Assembly: GCA_964234715.1 (NCBI GenBank)
Contig: OZ174276.1
DNA from: Podarcis melisellensis
Taxonomy: Eukaryota
Strand: one strand, 5' to 3'
Length of the DNA stretch: 64,000 bases
Below, piece by piece: positions 1 to 14,211 of the stretch. Positions within the stretch are counted from its first letter, which is position 1; every line of letters starts with the position of its first letter. The notes beneath the pieces were generated by a model. That model made no database searches, was not told where the DNA came from, and saw only the letters and a program-made list of their open reading frames with translations. A program made the translations under genes and the position numbers.

Positions 1-3000
1 CCCTATTTGTGATAGCAGTGGGGAAGTCTCCTGTACACATGGAGGCTTCTGAACATTTTAAAAACCAACAAAACGAGGGTTCCAAAACATGAAGGAACCT
101 CCACAGATACAGGTCTCCCTGATGCGGACAGCCACTGAGGAACATTTAGAGGACGACGACGATGAGGAGGATGAACAGGCAGAACTAGTATGCTTGTGGA
201 CATTGTTCCCTCCTCATACATTGACTTAAGCCCTATTCACTATAGTGCTGTTTACAGTACTGAAAAGAGAAGGGTTGGGAGAATTCAGGCCAGATGGAGA
301 TGACAGATCAGGTGGGCCCTTCAGGATTTAGGGAAATTTATACTTGCACCAAGCTACACACAAAGGATGTTGAAAGAATAAATGAAGCTATGCTGCTGTT
401 GTTTCCAAGAAGGGTTTTCTGAAGAGTGAGAATTGTGACCTCTTAGAAAATAAGAAATGTTGCAAGCTACCTTTTAACTAATAGCAACACAAAAACTGAT
501 ACTTTGATTAAAAAAATCACAACAGTTTTGTCATGCCCTGTGATACACTGGAGGAACACTTGGTTGTATCTAAAATGTTGGTTCATCTCTGGAGATAAAG
601 TTCTGAAACCATTTTCCTTTGGCACCTGAAACTTCACACTGACTTCCATGGGCTCTGGAAGCAGTGACAAGTAGGCACCGATGTTAAAAGATCCTCAGTG
701 GCTCACAGTTTGTTTTCAGGCTCAATTCAAAATACTGGCCTTGGTCATTAAAGCCCTAAGCCTGATACCTGTATATTTCAAAGTTCCACCTTCTACAACG
801 GTAACTAAACAATTGGTTCAGATCTTGCCTAGAAGCCCTCTTCTGAGTGCCCCAGCAAGAGGCCAATGAAGAGATGGCCTTCTCTGTCGCAGCACTCAAA
901 TTGTGGAACTGCTGCCCTACACATGCTCATTTCACACCGTCCATGTTTTATTTTGTGTGGTCTGCTCTGTGTTCTTGAACCTTGACAGCCCTATTCTCTT
1001 TTTATACATCATCTTCTGTTATTATTTATTTATGCTTCTATCTTCATTGGATATCTTGTTGTACTATAATTCACCCCAAGTCTAATTTACAAAAGGTAGA
1101 AATATATTAAATAAGCAAGTAAGGAATATCCATCAGCCACAGTCTAAAAGGAGACAGTCTAGGCACAGAGAAAGGAACCATGTATGGAAATGGAGTTCCC
1201 TTCCCTCTTCTTTGGAAAGCTGATACCTATAAAGTATCATTGAGAAAACCTTTGTATAGATCAAACCTTTGCATGAAAATGTAATATTTGAAATGGCTCT
1301 ATGAGTGAATGGCTTCCACATTTCCTCAAATAAAACTTGAAATTATAATTTTGGCAGCAAATATTTAATATCCAAAAATTAATCATTTTTTTGCCAATAA
1401 TTTTTATTGATTTTCCAATTTTAACCCAATTACACAAATTAATTCCAAATTAATATAATTTTGTTTAAGAGGTTTCCCACAATCCATTCTTGATGCATCA
1501 TCTAATACTACTGCATTTCATATTCTTATTTACTTCTAGCACAATCCATATTACAAATTATCACATAGTCAACAGCTGCACTCTTAATGATTTCTATTCA
1601 TTTTATTATATTATTTAACTTTCAAAAAACTTCAAGTGAGGAACAACAGATTTTCTTTTCTTTTTCAATCTGCATGTGCCCAAAAATAATTCTTAACCCA
1701 CCTTTATTCACTGGTTTTCTTTGTAAGCACCTTCAGGCATTTTTGGCATGTTTTATTATTTGAAATGTTGAAAAAAAGATTTTGAAAACAGACATGTACA
1801 TGCCAATAAAGTTTTTTGTGTGTATGTGTTATATAAACTGTTTTTGAGCACCACTGTGAAAAGATAAGGCTGCTGTGATGGTTGCTTCCTGTTTTTATGC
1901 AGTTTACCTCTGTTTATTTGCAACTAGAAGTCAAGCAAAATTACCATAGTACCATTATTGTAACAAGCTGCAGGTAGGGAACAGGGAAATTAAGGGTTGT
2001 ATCCAACAAAGTACCCCCATTCAGAATAATTTCTGCTTGCACAACAGACCTCTCCCTTCCTCTTCTCTCCCTGTGCTCCTCCTTCCCAATCTGCTTGGGA
2101 GAGCTGAGGAAAATCCCAAAACATCCCATGCACAGGGAGATGAGAGGGAGGGGACATTCCACTACATGAGGGGAAGTCTTTGCATAAAGGGGAGGGGGAA
2201 CCCAGAAACATACCAAAACGTCTAGCCCAGGACCGTGTGAATCCAACAATTATTAACTCTTTCTCTTTTCACACATTTGAGAAAATACGACATGGAATTT
2301 GGATTTTTTTAAAAAAATAATACACGATTTCCTATGAAATATTTCAAGTTTTACATCTATACAATTTTACAAATAATTCCATGCCATATTTGCTGAAATG
2401 ATGCTTTTGCTGACATTATAAAAATGTAAGTATACTTATATTGATTCCGTATTCTCTGTCAGGTTTATACCCCCTTTTGGTTCTGTTATAGAGTATCACA
2501 CAGCTTTCAAGTACGTCGTAGTTTAGCCATCATTTTGGATTGTTCCTCTGAGGAACAGCTGGAAAACTCATGAATTTTTTAAAGCCTTCAAACCTTCTGC
2601 CTGACAGATGACAGCAAAGCCTATAGTGAATACAATCCATCTTGTAAATCAAGCTTCAGAAAGAGGAAAATGCCACTAAGTGACAGTAAAGCCCAAGGCA
2701 TTCAAGGGCTTTCCAGATGATTTTGGGTTGTATTTTTTTGCATAATAAAGAAGTGTACAGCTATGACAATTGGTTGCTCAGGATCCAGGCATCTATGGAT
2801 CTTCTTCCAATGTAAGAATATTGCATTTTTTACCACTGCACAACACCACGTTAAAAGGGAAAAAGTTATTTCCTTCAGCTGCTACACTCTTGTGTTAGAC
2901 TTTTAACGAGCTAGAGAATTCATGCTATGCAAAACCATGGGGGGGGTCTGTTTAGAAGAATGATCAGGGACACTTTCTAGAAAGAATTTGCAACACCAAT

Positions 3001-3980
3001 TCTTATAAGCTTGTGACACTTTTGATGTGTTTAATTCTTTTAGTAGTGCTGTGCATCTTATTAGACTGGTTTACTATTAAAATGCCAATTTATTGTGGCA
3101 TTTATTGAATGTTTATTCCTATTGTATTTTACTGTCAACCGCCCACTTTACAAAACAACAGCAGCAAATAAATATTTGCTGGGGGTAAGGGTGGGACACA
3201 AGCACATCAAAATTTGAAAATAGAAAAAAGTGAATACTAACAAAGTTGTCTATACTATATTAATGCCCCCACCATCTCATGAAACTTTTGCATTGCTTTG
3301 ATTATTTTTTTTAAAAAGCCATCACAGCCATGCACTATTTGTTTCTTTTGGGTGGATATAAAATCTTTTGTAAAGATCCACCAATGGATGTGGAGAAGTC
3401 AATTTTTGCTGATTTCCCTTCTCCTCTTCAGCCCCTAGAAAATATGCTCGGCGGGGATGGTGGTTCTAGAGCAGTTTGGAAAGTGTCATTGGGCAACTGT
3501 AAAGTCAGGAGGCAAAAACTGCCCCTTCTGTGAGCAAAGGCCTCCTCTAGATCAAATACTCTTCTATAAAAGCACTTCTTCAGTCTATGCAGAACTGACT
3601 GCATCCCTACATTTAGGTCTCTAAACATTGTGTGTTTATGTCCAGAGCACAGACACACAAATTTACTTTTTGCATGGCATATGGACTATCTTATCCCTTC
3701 CACAATGCTACACCTTCATCCATTATGTAAAGTTGGAAGTATCGTATTATGAACATTGGCTTGGGGCTAGTTCAAGCTTATTTAATAAGACTATAAGGTG
3801 TTTTTTTATTTTTTATTTGCTTAGCTTTTAAAAAAATCATCTGGAAAGGCTGTATAGTGAAAGCCAATATGGCCCATAAAATTCCTACTGGACTTGTGCA
3901 GCAGAAGAACCAAATGTAAAAAAAGGCTCTGTTTGGAAGAAAATGAATTGTCTAATGCTGTAACTGTAAGATGCTAATCA

Positions 3981-4256
<276 letters not shown>

Positions 4257-4815
4257 TCAAAAAATTCAAAATAGTGTGTGTGTATAGATAGAGATATAGA
4301 GATATAGAGATGATATAGAGATATAGAGATAGATATTAGGGGGAGCTGGAGTTCACTCCAGAAAAGCACTAGAAGAAATATTTTCCATACTAGCTTCTTT
4401 TTGGTTTTTGGGTGGTGATGCTTATTACAGTAATGAACAAAAAAACATTAAATGCTACGAATTCTCAAAGTCAACACCATGGAAATCTTTCCACTTGTGT
4501 ATCACACAGGTTATAAAGTGCACCTATTTCTTCAGTATGCTGGTTTTACTTAATTTTTTTTACATGTTGTCTTCTGGTTTGAATTCTCAGAAAAATCTTG
4601 CTTGAAGACCTTGTGCAATATACATTAGCTTGAATCGAGGGAACAGTAGAGAATGCATTCAACCTTCCTTTAGGTAATGTTTCTTCTTAAGAGCTATGGA
4701 AACTTGAAGAGGCTTAAGTTTAAATTTGCATTAGAATGGGATCCTTACCTGGAATGCAAGGTTCAGCAAACTCAATAGGCTTGCTAATGTAAACTAGTTT
4801 TAAAAGACCAGTAGC

Positions 4816-4866
<51 letters not shown>

Positions 4867-6858
4867 TTATTTATACCCCACCCATCTGGCTGGGTTTCCC
4901 CAGCCAGTCTGGGCAGTTTCCAACCGAATATTAAAAACAAAGCAACATTTGTTGTAGCTGATCACCTATTGGATTACTGTGCCAGGAGGTTAAAAAGATT
5001 TGTTTGCATTATCAGTTTTGTTGGAATGGCAACACAAAAACTCTTTCAACCTCTGATTTGTGTATAACTGTTGGGTGAATGAATCACAAGTTGAAAGAAA
5101 GTAAACAAACCATGACTAGACCAGTGTCTCATGAGCTGTTCCTATTCTGCCTTGGGACACAATCTAGAGTCATCATTCACAGACCCACATAAAAGCAAAG
5201 TGACTTGTCAATTTTTCTGTCAGGGACAAGAGGGTTTGAACTAGGAATTGTGGGGTCTAGGTTTAGGACCTAAGCTGAACTGTAGACTGTGCGTGTTCTC
5301 AGGCTTCAGAGCTTTTTTCAGGCACAAAAGGACTTTGCAACATCAAGTCGTGTGACTGGTGAAGCCTGATACAAATCCTAGAAGCCATGCCTTTTACTGT
5401 TGTATGGTCAGAGATGTAGAACCTATTTGCTACTCTTCAAGCCCAGACCTGGGGTTGGGTGCAGTTCCACTCAGCTCTGGACAGCATTGGCAAATGTCAA
5501 GACAAGTCAACAAGAGCATGTGACTGAAGGCAGTGGAATTCCTTGTCTGCATTGCCTGGAGTTTTTACCCCAATGTAGCCAGAGGCAATACTATGGTGTA
5601 AAGAAGTCCATGGTAACAGATATTATCAGGATTCAGCTCAGTAAACTATTTTAATTGTGGAATTTGAAATGCCCATTAAGAGAAGAAGCCATACTCCTGC
5701 AAAGTAGAATCCTGTTTCAACCTTACCCAAATTTTACCTAAGAAGACAATACTACATGTTGAGATAGGAGCGTAGTAAAAGATACAAATTGGTTCATTAG
5801 CTGGGTACTTCTCTATAACAATGGGCATAGAGGCTTTCCAGAGTTCAGGCAGGATCTTTCCCAGCCCTTTGAAACAAGAACCTAGAGACTGAACTTGGGG
5901 TCTTCTGCATGCAAAATATGTTTTCTCTCCAGCTTTGAACCCTCCCCATAGTCTGAGGAATTACCAGCAAGGTAAGAATATTTTGTAATTTTTAGATTAA
6001 ATATATTGCAAGAAAAGTAGCTAAGGTTGCAAAACTCTATGGTCCCTGAAAAGGTGACCTAAGCCATACGGTCTTCTGGACCTCCCTGAAAAGAGAGGTC
6101 TGCTCTCTCAGGGGAAGATCTGGATTTATAAGCCTCTCTGTGAGGCAATGGAGATGTCTGCAGCTAGTGTTCCTCCAACCAAATTAGAAAGGGGTGGAAA
6201 AACCTGTGCCCCACTCTTTCCACATGAACTGGCAGGGCATAGGTTCTTCTAATTGTATTACTCCCCACTTCCCACCTCATATAGGTTTGCTCCACTAAGT
6301 AAACAGTGCTAATATAAATTGCAATGATTTTAAGCTAATTAGGAGAAGAAATTGTTTTAGCTGGGTTGTGATGACTCAAATTCTGAATCTTAAATGTAAA
6401 TTTAATAGGCAGTAGTACACAACAATGCTGAACACCAGCACAAAACATCACACAATCTGGCTGAGCTGAAGCACTTGTATTTACCTTGATTTACTCACTT
6501 TAAAATTATCTCTAAATATTTCATCCAAACTGGTTCAAAAGAAAGCTTTTCAGTGCTTAAATATATGTAAACCTGACCAGCCTCCAAAATTAGAACAGGA
6601 AGCACATTCAAAGGGCAAGAGCCAAAGTAACATTAGTGCAAGAAAAGCTGCTACTTCACAGGTGAGCTTTGTTGTGCGATGGGTATCACAAGTGGAAGTA
6701 GCGTAACAGCACAAAAAGTAAATGATAGAGTTAAGCTGTGCAACAATTCCACCATTCTAAGTCACCCATTGGATTTGGCTGTTATGTTATGTTAGGAATG
6801 GAGCTTCTGTTATGGGTAGCTGGCACAACAGGATATATGTTGAGCAAAAAGTGCTTAC

Positions 6859-7011
6859 CTAAAGCCACTCTGGCAGCTGAAGCATCATAATTGATCCAGA
6901 ATGAAACCCAGGAGAGAATAGTGATCAGAATGGAAGGCATATAGGTCTGAAGTATGAAGTAGCCAATGTTTCTCTTGAGTTTGAAACTGAGTGATAGCCT
7001 TGGATAGGAAC
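6859..7011 (-). CDS. GABRB2: GABRB2 exon (153 bp; [51 protein letters not shown]; loop C, M1, start of M2)
   Basis: Translated by hand (absent from the ORF track). Acceptor TTCTAG|GT and donor TTAG|GTAAGC. Confidence 0.97.
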
Positions 7012-8649
7012 CTAGAACAGAATTTATGTTTAGAAGGTCAAGTTTCAGTTCTGTAGCCCTGCAAACACATTGTTAACATTTACAACCTGCAGACTTTTAT
7101 TGTAATTCAACACCCATAAGGCAAAAATAAAATTTATTATTAAACAAACAAAATGCCAGTTTCTTTAATCTGTGCCTAAACAAAGATGTCAAAGGTTCAC
7201 TGCGCCTTTGCTAGCAGGTGTGCATACACCGAAACCATTAAGCTTTGCAGTAGCTCAGCATCCAATATTGCATTTTGACCTTTGCATGTTCTACCTTGCT
7301 ATGGTCACTTTGAAATCACCTGAAGTGCTAGGCTCAGAAACTGGTTCATATACTCATAGCCACAAAATTCAGGTAAGCAGAGTTGTATTCATTCTGTACT
7401 AGCTGTCATATCAATCAAACATAACAAGTTGTCATGTTGGGTATTTATGGCATGATTCCGCTCCTTCATCATTATCTTCTTGGCAGGTGATGCCAGAACA
7501 AGTAAAAACTCAAAATAGCCCCTGTGTAACCAAATAAGCGAACAGTGGAAAAGACCGGGCTGGGAAAAGGGAAATGAAAGGGGATGAGAAGTAAAAACAC
7601 CAGAAACAGAGCAATATTTAAAACTGTTTAGGCTCTGAGGTTTGTTTAGGCCTCCCACACAAACCTCCTGTGGGAGGAGCAAAATTCTGATCCTTATACT
7701 TTCAAACCACTGATCTCTGCTCCCAAGAAAAATCAAACTGGGACAACTGTTCTGCACAAATCCATGAAATGCAAAAGTGGTATTTGCAATCAGACTTGAT
7801 TAGCAGTCCGGATAGTTACATCCTGTTCTCTTGAGTGTTGCTTGTTAGTTAAAAAAACCCAAAAAAACAGCCCCACTGAACTAGGATTGGAAGTCTGTGT
7901 AGCAGAAGCAGGAGTTGCACATCCTGTTTCACTATCTGAGGAATGTACTGCCCCCACTGAAGCCTTACTTATCGGGGTTGCACAACAGCTTCCGGCAAGA
8001 TCTCACGAGAGTTGAATGCGATCTTGCTGGAAGCTGTGACTGCTTCTCCTCGCTTCCATAGTGGTGGTGGCAGGGGCGCCACCCCATGGGATTCCACCAT
8101 CCAAGGCAGCTGCCTCAGTCCGCCTCATGGGCAGGCTGGCCCTGAAAAAGGGGAGGGGGTAGCATCAAATTATGATTCCATATGGTGTCATCAGGCATAA
8201 GAAAAGGGCATCCATATATTTTAATAATGAAAGTGTATGGGGAAAGTAGCTTGCTTTTTATCAGCTTTGAGAGTGGCTGCAGAAAATAGAAAATAGTTTA
8301 TTCGTTCAGGTCGATTAAGGTTGATACCCTTTTAAAACAACAACGACCCACACTGGCTGAATACAAAAGTATTTACTATATGTACACCACAGTCCTATAC
8401 ATGTTTCTTTATGTACTGTGTTCAATGGGACTAACTTCTAGGCAAGCATGCATAGGACAGCAGGTTTAGTGCACCTGACACGGCACAGTTATTTTAATAA
8501 GGAATAAATTGTATTGGTTTGCCTATTCAGTGCTCATTTGTTTATTCTTTATACGATCCATGCAGCTAGTCATTATGTACTATCCAAAACAACTGATGGG
8601 AAGCTTTTCAGCGAGCAGATAGATGCATTTCCTTTGTGGCACCCCTTCA

Positions 8650-8817
<168 letters not shown>

Positions 8818-10396
8818 TTAGGACATGGAGCACTTGCAGTATCACATCTGCTGCAAGAATAATCCAGTCATTTTACTTTGGTTTATTCTTATTCGAGATA
8901 AATATTTACAAAGTTCAAATACACTGAGCACTTCTGCTATGCATACTCTGTACATTTCAAGTGGCCTTGATTTAATCTGGGACAAGTGAAACAGAAGCCA
9001 CTTAGGAACAGGAATCAGAAACCGCTTGGTAAGAATAGAGAAAGGGACTTTTTTGTTATGGTACCTTGAGAGCAGCTAGAACCCATTCCACCTCTCACTT
9101 TTGTTGTTTTCACTTGATATATTGTTTTGTTGTTTTAAAAACTTAAGAAGCAGTAGGAAAATGGGTTAAAAATCCTGAGACAAATAAATAAGAGAAATAA
9201 CTACTAGCTTATAGCCTAAACTGATGAGCCTAGCTAGTAGCTGACAGATTCAGATTTTTGACAGAGGAATCCAGAAGTACCAGGTGAAAGACAGATTTAA
9301 CAAAAATAAAATCTGCATTTCTATTTTGCACTAATTTAATCCTCTTATACCCAGTTTGTACAACCATAGCAGCTGTTTAGAGCTTTGATTATTTATATAC
9401 ATACCTAATAATCATCTACCTTTTTTAAAAAAAACAACAACACCACTCTTAAAAGTTAAAACTCCTTTTTTCAAACAATCACATTTCTGTCAATGTGCTT
9501 AGAAAGAATGTCAGGGAGTAATCATGGAAAGCGAGGAAGATTTACGGCAGGGCTGATGGGCTGCATATGAGATATTTCTTCTCATTCCTCCGAGGCTGCA
9601 CTTGCTTCTTCAAGTCTGCCTTTCCAGTACTTACAGCATGTACTAAACAGACTTTTCTGAGTCAGAGCTCATGACTGCTGGGTGTGTGGTGACCAGGAAC
9701 ACTGCACCAGCTCAACGATCATGCTAAACTGCCTCTCACCATTACTGGACTGCATCGCCCTGCAGGCAAAGTGCCCGAATGGAAAAGGAATGTCACTTGT
9801 GCAGCTTGTTGATGACACCAGCAAAGAAACTGTGGGACTGATGCAGGAAATGACAAGCGGCAATTGAGAGAAAAATCAAAGACTCGGCAGAGGAGTATCA
9901 ACGTGATCCTCCAGTTTTACATATACAGATCTGACTCCGATTCCTCTTATCTGATTCATGAGTTCTGTAGCCTGCAGACCCAACAGGGGTCTATTTAGCT
10001 ATTTAGGGACACTATTTAGCTAAAAATGAAGAATTTAAATTAGTTATGCTCAAGTGCAGTTTAAGTTCCACCGCAATCCAATGAATATACTTTGGGAACT
10101 AATCAAAGGCATATTGATTTCTCAGAAATAGACTCTTCTGATTCATAGTAAGCAAGCAAATAAAACAGAGTAGAAACAGAGCCCCCCTTCTTTCCCCCAC
10201 TGCACTCCCAAAAATCTGCCCTGAAGGGTCCACCAACCCCACCCCCAAATGGGTTTGAAAGTGTGTGGGGAGATGCAGGGTAGAGGAGGGCAGGGGAAGG
10301 AAATGAAGGTGAATTTTTGTTGTGTGAGTGGAATCTCGCACACAGATAGCTTTGGATACAGTGCTAATAACTATTTACAGGCCCTTCTGAGCCACT

Positions 10397-10490
10397 TACA
10401 GCACAATCCTATCCATGTCTGCTCAGAGGTAAACCCCACTGAATCCAGTAAACTTAATCTCTGGTGAACGGGTAGAGAACTGCAACCTTA
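10397..10490. repeat. Old ~90-bp imperfect-palindrome repeat family (MITE-like); other copies near 8385-8465, 34870-35012 and 59170-59260
   Basis: Recurrent CAATCCTA...CTCAGA.GTAA.CCC.ACTGA...TAGGATTGCA pattern. Confidence 0.5.
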
Positions 10491-12845
10491 ATTGCTTTTA
10501 CTTCCCTCATTGCTATCACGGACTTAATTCTATACCGAAGCCTGAGAAATATTTCATACTTCAAAAATTTATGTTTTCATGCTCTTAAGCAGCTATTAGC
10601 ATCTCTGGAAACATTTTTCATTTTTCAAAAAAAGAAGAAGTTATTTTGGTAGCATGAAATATGGAGCTTAAATCAGGGGCAAACATGATGATGTCCTTGA
10701 ACTTTATTTCCACTATTGTTCCTTGTTGCCTGCAGCATTCACTCTTTGCTTTCGCTGGAAAAAGCGGACACCAGCATGTTGTTTCCTACTGAGTTAACCA
10801 TATGATTGCTTCTCAAAGGCAGCTGGAAGCACTGATTAGTGACATCATCCTTTCATTCTGTTTCCATCAAAGGTGAGCACAGACCACATGTATAATATTT
10901 CTTTATGTTTCCTGTTTAAAATCTCCAAACAATTTTTGTTTGCATCCTGCAATTTTTGACTATATCTCAAATATATATTTGTGTAACCTTGTTATCATGG
11001 TGCAATCTACATGGCACACTACAGTAGAATGACAATTACAAGAACATGACAGTGAAGACTGGAAGATGGGGCAAGTCTAAGCCTGAGGCGGAGGAGGTAG
11101 TGAGGGCAGAGGAAGAAAGGTGACCCGTTGAGGAGGCAGAGGTGATGTGTGAGGCAGAGCACAAGAAGAAGGAAGAAGGACTGGGGGGGTGGCGTCAACA
11201 TGCTGCTAAAAGGAAGATGAAAACAAGGTGCACTGAAATTCCAACTTCAAGAGTTCAAAGCATGATGTCAGTTGTTGAATTTGAACTGCAAGGCAGATCC
11301 TGATAAGGATCTGGCTGCAGAACCAAAACAGTTCCCACTTCTGGCCTAAAGTGGGGAGGAGGGCAGTGTGAGAGGTGCAAGTGGGAGCAGGGGGGTTTGC
11401 AAGGGGAGAAAGCATGGGCACAGGTCCTGCAAATTACAGAAGAACATACAGAAAAAAATGCATAAATACAAATATAATCCAAAATACATTTATACAGAAT
11501 CTAGCTTCACCGACATCGGTGAAAATGGTTTCAATCTGAGGAAATGTTTGAATGACGATTGAGTTGGAAATTCACTGTCCAACTTCTTTTATTAGGCCAT
11601 ACATAAACACATGCACACAACCATAGTAGTTTTATCAAGGCATCAGTTCTCTCTTATTGATAATGAACTGGATTTCCCCATTGCCACCCAACAGAGGTCT
11701 GAATAAGAACTGTTTTAATACACAGGCTGCAGAATTTTCATCTGAACAAAATTCAGTGAATGAATCATTCATTTCTTAAGGATTAACTGGGTCATTATAT
11801 TTAATCCTTCTCTAAACTGGTGGACATGTGTTCCGCTTGACTGTAACATTTTCACTGGATTTGTGTCACATTATGTTTACTTGCTTCTTAAAAGACTGAA
11901 AAACTAATGTGCTGTAGAAAACCAACTCTATTGCATTTTAAGATCCATTACCTGATCTTTCTGTACTTTCAGATACACAAATATATATACTGTTTTAATG
12001 TACTTGCTGAGAACAGTAAGGAAGCACCACCACCAGGGACAAGTGCATGTGTGATCCAATTGTATGAAGGAGATAAATACAACAGTTCTAGCCTAAAATT
12101 AGACACAGCCCAATAATTGGTGATGGTGTCATGATTAGACCTCTGATTCTTCCAATATCCTAATTTCTTGAAATATGTGGATCCCCAAATTTTAATATAG
12201 AAAGCATCTGCAAAGGGTATGTAACAAGTCTTATTTCTGAAACATTTACATCTCAGGGCAGCACCTACAATCACAAGAAATTGACACTAAATTTATTTAG
12301 GAATGTTTTGTCATAGGGACAGGCCCTCTGTGAGAGAAGGACACCCTCAAATGCTCTCTAGTGTTAATCTGGATTAGATATTGGTATGTTCTTACTAGGC
12401 TCTGCTCTTTCGCAATATCATTGTACCTATGAATATAAGTCCCTCATCTGGTAAATGTGGCCCGTACCGCATGGAAAATATTATCTCTGAGAAATAATAA
12501 AAAAGCATACACTTGTAAACCAAAAATATCAAAATTTGCAAAATTAATTCAATATACAGAATAACAGATTTTGATGTGAAAATTAAAAATTTAGATACAT
12601 ATTGTTTCTGTTCGAGTGCTTAAAAAATCATTAGTATGGAAAGGTGGGGTTGGAAACCCTTAATTTTTGTGATGTAGACCCTCTCCCCTGACAGCTACAG
12701 TTCTTAGCAAGGTGGAATGGGATCATGGCTTAGCTACAATTGGCGAGAGTCATGTGGTGGGATTTCTGGATTTCTTTAAGAGCATCCCTAACCATTTCTC
12801 CATAATCCACCCCCAACCCCCAATTTAATAAATAATGAATTAGAC

Positions 12846-12981
12846 CAGGCATAGGCAAACTCGGCCCTCCAGATATTTTGGGACTACAGCTCCCACCGTC
12901 CCTGATCACTGGTCCTGTTAGCTAGGGATGATGGGAGTTGTAGTCCCAACACATCTGGAGGGCCGAGTTTGCCTGTGCCTG
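12846..12981. mobile_element. Non-autonomous hAT-type MITE (136 bp, almost fully palindromic)
   Basis: CAGGCATAGGCAAACTCGGCCCTCCAG...CTGGAGGGCCGAGTTTGCCTGTGCCTG termini. 8-bp TSD AATTAGAC/GATTAGAC (12838-12845, 12982-12989). Confidence 0.88.
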
Positions 12982-12994
12982 GATTAGACAAATT

Positions 12995-13230
12995 AATGGA
13001 GGCTATCAGTGGCTACTAGTCTTCATAGCCATATGCTGCTTCCAGGATCAGATGCATCCAGCCTCTCAACACAGTTGCTGGGGGTGGGGAATAACAGCAA
13101 GAGACTACTATTCCCACATGCCCTTGCTGTGAGCTGCCCATAAGCATCTGGTTAGCCACTGTGAGAAAGGGGTTGGGCTAGATTCGCCTTCAATCTGATC
13201 CAGCAGAGCTCTTCATGTATTCTTATGATT
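12995..13230 (+). mobile_element. Old CR1 3' UTR fragment
   Basis: Ends in a CTGATCCAGCAGAGCTCTTCATGTATTCTTA-type tail typical of reptile CR1; recognition only. Confidence 0.5.
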
Positions 13231-14180
13231 TGACAAAATACACATACTTCTGTACTTCCTGGGATTATCTGGTGTTTTGGAACAGAAAGATTTGATATTT
13301 TTATATTACTCATTTTTCTGAAAGGCTTACCTCTGACACCTGAACATTCCCACAAATATACCACAAAAGCTAAATGTCATCACTCAAGTGAAAAATTCAC
13401 ACAAAATCTAAAATGCAGACACCAGTTGTTTGTGGAATGTTACAGAATAGATTGTAGACATACTGAAACCTGCAGTCTGCCATTGCATCTCTCTTTCACT
13501 AAAAAGTGAAGAGAATGCAATTTATTGCAAATTCTATGTATCGTTTATAAAAGTGCCCCAAATTTTCTTGTTGGCTTCAGTGGTAATTGGTTATTAAAAC
13601 TGTAGGTTGGGCTGACCAAGCTATTCTTCCTGGGCTTATAATTTGTTCACCCTGTTTCACACCTGGACATAATAATTCATTCTTCTGTGCAGTACTGACT
13701 ACTATCCCAGGTTACCTATGCTATTTCACAAATCCAAAGAAAACAAGCATAATCTCCATGACCCAGATCAAGCTACTACAACAAGAGAATTTTAGCAATG
13801 TCTGCAGTACCTGCAGCACTTCTCAAAACACCATTTTAAATTCCCTTTTCATTGTTCTGATAACACCATTACTTGCTGTAGCAGAGCAACGAAGCTATGT
13901 AGTCCCTGAGCCAAATCTCTACCCAAGGATGTTTTCCATCCCTGCTCTATATCAGATGCTATGGCATACTATGTGAATGCAGAAATGGTTCATCAAAGGT
14001 GCTTATTTTTCCATACAAAATATCATCAAGTGCTGTTGCACTCAGTTAAACTTGGACACACTACTTATACTCTCTGCAGGCCATTTAACAATTTTGGCTT
14101 TTGCTCTGAAGGAAATTGAAATCCAAAGTAAGAGGTCAAATCAAAACAACAAACAAACAACAAACCCAATTTGGCAAAAA

Positions 14181-14211
<31 letters not shown>

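Noticed and set aside
9669-9901. Overlapping short ORFs with QFSMIV, suggesting a duplicated alternative GABRB2 exon
   Set aside because: No wider similarity to the 138-bp exon and no matching splice phases.
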